A stretch of 64,000 nucleotides of DNA, taken from contig OZ024740.1 in assembly GCA_964016885.1 (NCBI GenBank), forward strand, positions 120,032,001-120,096,000, read 5' to 3'. This DNA comes from Eledone cirrhosa (lineage: Eukaryota). Below are positions 61,968-64,000 of the stretch, piece by piece. How positions within the stretch are numbered: position 1 is the stretch's first letter; each line of letters begins with the position of its first letter. The translations under genes and the position numbers were made by a program. The notes beneath the pieces are model-generated. The model had not been told where the DNA came from. It worked only from the letters and a program-made list of their open reading frames with translations, and searched no databases.

Positions 61968-63172
61968 TCATCATCATCATCACCGTTTTACGTCCGTTCT
62001 TCCACACTAGCATGGGTTAGACGGGTTGTCCTGTTGTGGGCAGTGTCTGGTCGGCTGACCATGCCTTGCTCATACAGGAACTGATCTGGCTTGATTTCTA
62101 CAGCTGGATGCCCTTCCTAACACCAACCTCATTTACAGTGAGTGCTGGGTGCTTTTTCGTGGCGCCTACACGTCCACTTTACAGTGTGGGCTGGGTGCTT
62201 TTTTGCCGTGGCACCTCCACGACCACCTTGCGGTGGGGGGAGTGGGGGCGTATTGTTTATATGCTTCAGCATGTACCCATGGGAGGTCGGGTACCCTGTA
62301 TTACTGCGTGACGCCAGAAGTCACGGTCGTGTGTCATTGACTTTGAGAGGTGTAGTTGGGTAAGGTCGGCTTTTATCACCTCATCCCAAGTCATCTTGGG
62401 TCTCCCCACTCCGCGGTTTCCATCAACTTCTAGTGCTCTGCACCTTTTTATGCAGCTGTCATCCTTCATACGCATCACATGTCCATACCAGCGTAACCGC
62501 CTCTCCTGCACGCAGCATTTGATTCCTCTTATGCTCAGTCTCTCTCTCAATTCCTTTATGCTTTGTCGTTCACGTATATTACTGTTACACATCCATCGGA
62601 GCATGCAGGCTTCGTTTCTCTCTAATCTACGTAAGTCTTCCACCTTCAGCGCCCAGGTCTCACTACCATGCAACATCGCTGTTCGGATACACGCATCATA
62701 CAGTCTGCCTTTCATTCTGAGGGAGAAGCCTTTTGCAGCTAGCAGTGGTAGTAGTTCCCTAAACTTCTTCCATCCTATTCTTACCCTAGTTATTGTACCT
62801 TCTGAGCACCCACCTCCGTTGCTAATTCGGTCACCTAGGTAGCAGAAGCTGTCTACTGTTTCTACAGGGTCCTCCCAGAGATTGGTGGTACTTGTTTCCT
62901 GTGGCTGTTTGCTTGCTGTTTCAGCACAGCTGCTGCATGTGAATCCTACATTCTTAATTAAGCTTCCTGAGATCCCGCTACATCTCTTGTGTACCCATTG
63001 TTTGCATTTGGGGCAGAGAATGGAGTTCCTACCTACACCTTTCCTACATACTGAGCAAGGCTATTTCCCTGAGGGGATCTGGGTTCTGTTTTCTCGTCTA
63101 CTTACAAGGACCTTAGTCTTTGTCATGTTGACTTTGAGGCCCTTTCTCTCTAGTCCCTGCTTCCAGGTTTGG

Positions 63173-63175
<3 letters not shown>
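61968..63175 (-). mobile_element. RTE LINE 3' portion (PHD family, second subfamily)
   Basis: ORF 62266-62715 (LYDACIRTAMLHGSETW..RRLRWYGHV..GRPKMTW), with the Cys finger upstream. Confidence 0.9.
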
Positions 63176-63207
<32 letters not shown>

Positions 63208-63238
63208 AAAGTGAGGTTTTTTTTACAAAATGAAAAAT

Positions 63239-63269
<31 letters not shown>

Positions 63270-63455
63270 AGCAAATTATAAACGTAAACATGTAAGTATG
63301 TTTTTGAAACGGTGCGCGAGTTTGAAATTAGAAATTATAAGCTTTCACCGTATTTTAGACTAAAGAAATGTCTAGCCTGATATTGGGGTTTATAACCCTC
63401 GGAGAAATGGAAAAAGATGAGTGTTGCCGTACATGGGAGTCGAACCCACATCTTT

Positions 63456-63523
<68 letters not shown>

Positions 63524-63619
63524 TATATATACACATAAACATATATATATATATATATATACATATATATATACATATATATACATATATATATATATAC
63601 ATATATACATATACATATG

Positions 63620-63945
63620 GATTTCAACACAGCAACAACTACAACAACAACAGCAGCAACACCATCAACAACAACGGCAACAACACCATTGTCTGTGTTG
63701 AATGTGTGTGTATGTATGTATTTGTATATATGCGACAGCAATAACAGCATCAACACCATTTTCTGCAGCAACAGCAGCAGTGAAATGAAGAACAACAACA
63801 ACAACATCGACAACAGCAACAACGACAACAACAGCAACAGCAGCAGCAACTACAATAACAACTACAGCACCAACAACTGCCACCACCATCACTGACCATC
63901 TACCACCACCACACTGACACCATCCACCACCGCCATTACCAGCGT
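63620..63945. repeat. (CAA/CAG)n and (CAC)n low-complexity tract
   Basis: Seen directly. Confidence 0.9.
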
Positions 63946-64000
63946 AAAGCAAACAATTATTATTATTATTATATACAAGCTGAACTGGACTGGGAAAGGT

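Noticed and set aside
63410-63458. GGTTCGACTCCC B-box on the - strand as a tRNA gene
   Set aside because: Only the 3' half is present and it is truncated by (TA)n, with no cloverleaf. At most a tRNA-derived fragment.

Overview
This is repeat-dominated eukaryotic DNA with no intact host gene. It is probably molluscan or octopod, inferred from the SINE/RTE types. A large part of the window is degenerate (TA)n microsatellite, and nearly all the long 'YIYI' ORFs in the track are artefacts of it. The islands between TA tracts are mobile-element insertions: two RTE-type LINE families (one with an internal PHD-like Cys finger), a CR1-like 3' fragment, and several Penelope-like elements (PLEs; Neptune-like and Naiad-like RT/GIY-YIG fragments). 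There are also tRNA-derived SINEs, a non-coding LTR element with a tRNA-Trp PBS, a mariner fragment, and a BMPR2-like processed pseudogene fused to a PLE. Reading the non-coding islands by eye shows many type I hammerhead ribozyme (HHR) motifs from at least 10 unrelated families, including non-canonical cores. Top finding 1 is a near-identical 558-560 bp tandem array with one HHR per unit and an internal inversion (42665-47734; retrozyme/circRNA-like). Top finding 2 is a copy of an HHR-bearing repeat with 33 A>G changes and no other substitution, which looks like ADAR-hyperedited RNA written back into the genome (26121-26392). All folds and alignments were done by eye and need computational confirmation.
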